DNA of 46,686 nucleotides from a virus. Taxonomy: Duplodnaviria; Heunggongvirae; Uroviricota; Caudoviricetes. The notes below the pieces were generated by a model, which had not been told where the DNA came from, ran no database searches, and was given only the letters and a program-made list of their open reading frames with translations. The stretch lies in IMG/VR virus record IMGVR_UViG_2778261229_000001, positions 1 through 46,686 of that record; one strand, 5' to 3'. The position numbers were made by a program, and so were the translations under genes. The first letter of the stretch is position 1. Each line of letters opens with the position of its first letter. Shown piece after piece: positions 45,071 to 46,686 of this stretch.

Positions 45071-46074
45071 TATCCTTCAAGCCCTGAAGGAGGCTGTTCC
45101 TGGTACGTTCAGACTGTTGTTGAGCTGGAAATCGCAACGGAGGAAGAAACTTCGTTGCTGGAAGTCTGGAAAAAGTATCGGGTGTTGCTGAACCGCGTTG
45201 ATACATCAACTGCACCTGATGTTGATTGGCCAGCAGCACCGAAGTGTAATTCATTAGAACTCATCACCTGTGAATAATATCTGTTTTTGAGTAAGTTAGT
45301 AATAATCACTTAAATGTGTTATAAGTTTGTTAAGGCGTGATTTGCAATAGGATAGAGAGTACGATTTTGGATTGAGAATAAGAAAGCGCCATGAAAGAGT
45401 TTCATGGCGAGTACATAAACGTACAAAATATGATGAAAGTAGAGTGGCGTAAACCACTATATTAAGATATTACAATAGCGAAGAAACGTAAATAACATTT
45501 TATGGGCGTTTAATTGTTAATTATAAAAACTAGAGTGCCCGATATTATTTATCTTGCTTTAAAATAATGTACTCAAACCGAATTTTTGATCTAAAAGCTC
45601 AAATAGTATAAATGCAATGATAATGTTTAATAAGACAATCAGCTTGCTTTGTATTTTCATTTCGGAATACTGTTAAGTAACTTTAATAATCCTAACAATA
45701 GATCGGATTTTTCTTAGAGTCAATGGTCCCCGTTTTTGCTTGCAAAGCAAATGTTTTGGTAGTTATAAGTTGTCTTGATATAGTCATGCATGCAACTTGT
45801 TCCGTGAAGAGATTAAAGATTGGAATATAACGCGAAAATTGCTCATAGTTCACCAATACAGCTATAAATCGTAAAGAGAACCGTGGCTCGTTGTATGCAA
45901 AAACGTGCCACGGTTGGCTGATGCACTTTCGAGAGTGCATGTATTGAATTATTTCCAGCTATTATCGATTTTACGTATTTTTTGCATGATAGAATTCGTA
46001 CCTCCTCCCAACGACCTTCCATGACTTTCCGGACTGCTATAGGCTGGCGGACGATGATGTCCTCGGATGTTGTG

Positions 46075-46686
46075 CTAATTGGGTGATAACAGATCCTGTG
46101 TATGGGAGTTTCCCTTTTTGCGTGCGTTGATGCTGGTAACGGCAAACGTCATGATGAACAAAACCGCGAATAAGACGACAATCGTCGGAGCTGGTGCGCT
46201 GTCGATAAAAAAGGACAACCAGACACCAGTCATTGACACTATTACCGATATGCCAGTCGCCAGTAGGAGCGCAATATGAAAGCGTTGTGTCAGGAGTACC
46301 GCAATGGCGCCAGGCGCAATGAGCAGAGAAATGGAGAGAATGATACCTACCGCTTTCAGCGTCGCCACAATGGTCAGAGAGACCATGCACAGCAGCCCAT
46401 AATGCAGCCATCTCGTATGCAAACCGCTTACCTGCGCCTGTTGATAATCAAAGCTGAACAGCAAAAAATCTCGCCATTTTACGCTAATAACAAGTGTAAC
46501 CAGCCCAGCAATAATCACCGTCTGGATTATATCGCCGATGGTTATCCCGAGCATGTCGCCGAAAAGAATATGGTCAAGATGTACGTCTGGTTTGACTGCA
46601 ATATACAAAATCAGACCTGCGGCAAACATGCCAGAAAAAACAATCCCCATCACTGTATCTTGCTTGATTCGGCTGTTGTCTTTCAG
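46075..46686 (-). CDS. ABC-type metal transporter permease (ZnuB/SitD-like), partial - N-terminus beyond window edge
   Basis: Polytopic hydrophobic ORF; reading frame stays open through 46686; likely host chromosomal gene. Confidence 0.45.
   Translation of the reverse strand: MKDNSRIKQDTVMGIVFSGMFAAGLILYIAVKPDVHLDHILFGDMLGITIGDIIQTVIIAGLVTLVISVKWRDFLLFSFDYQQAQVSGLHTRWLHYGLLCMVSLTIVATLKAVGIILSISLLIAPGAIAVLLTQRFHIALLLATGISVIVSMTGVWLSFFIDSAPAPTIVVLFAVLFIMTFAVTSINARKKGNSHTQDLLSPN

Noticed and set aside
45692-46145. Two overlapping minus-strand ORFs (82 and 100 aa) in the right-end AT-rich region
   Set aside because: Low-complexity, mutually overlapping, no RBS or homology; region more plausibly non-coding (att/terminator)

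Overview
This window is almost entirely a lambda-like (Siphoviridae-type) prophage in an enterobacterial host, read in prophage order: int/xis, early-left recombination genes (exo, bet, gam), immunity region (cI-like repressor, Cro, YdaT-like CII analogue), lambda O/P replication module with ori iterons, a DLP12-like nin/RusA/Q region, the lysis cassette (holin, R, Rz/Rz1), bor, cos, then a lambda-collinear head and tail module (Nu1 to J), lom and a side tail fibre. A truncated ABC-type permease gene at the right edge is probably host DNA. Protein identifications rest on recalled similarity to lambda, DLP12 and Rac proteins and on lambda-collinear gene order; no database search was run. Lambda-identical modules sit beside divergent ones, so the element is mosaic. 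The most interesting locus is an AT-rich two-gene cassette (5789-7456, minus strand) between the cI-like repressor and the OL/pL operators, exactly where lambda carries rexA-rexB. It encodes a 340-aa soluble protein and a 4-TM membrane protein with no homology I recognise, and is a candidate novel prophage exclusion / abortive-infection module. Other cargo includes a 1302-aa inverse-autotransporter adhesin with an internal tandem duplication, a convergent secreted esterase, an early-left ASCH/TraR/Dam cluster, and a side tail fibre with a C-terminal self-cleaving chaperone domain and no tfa gene.
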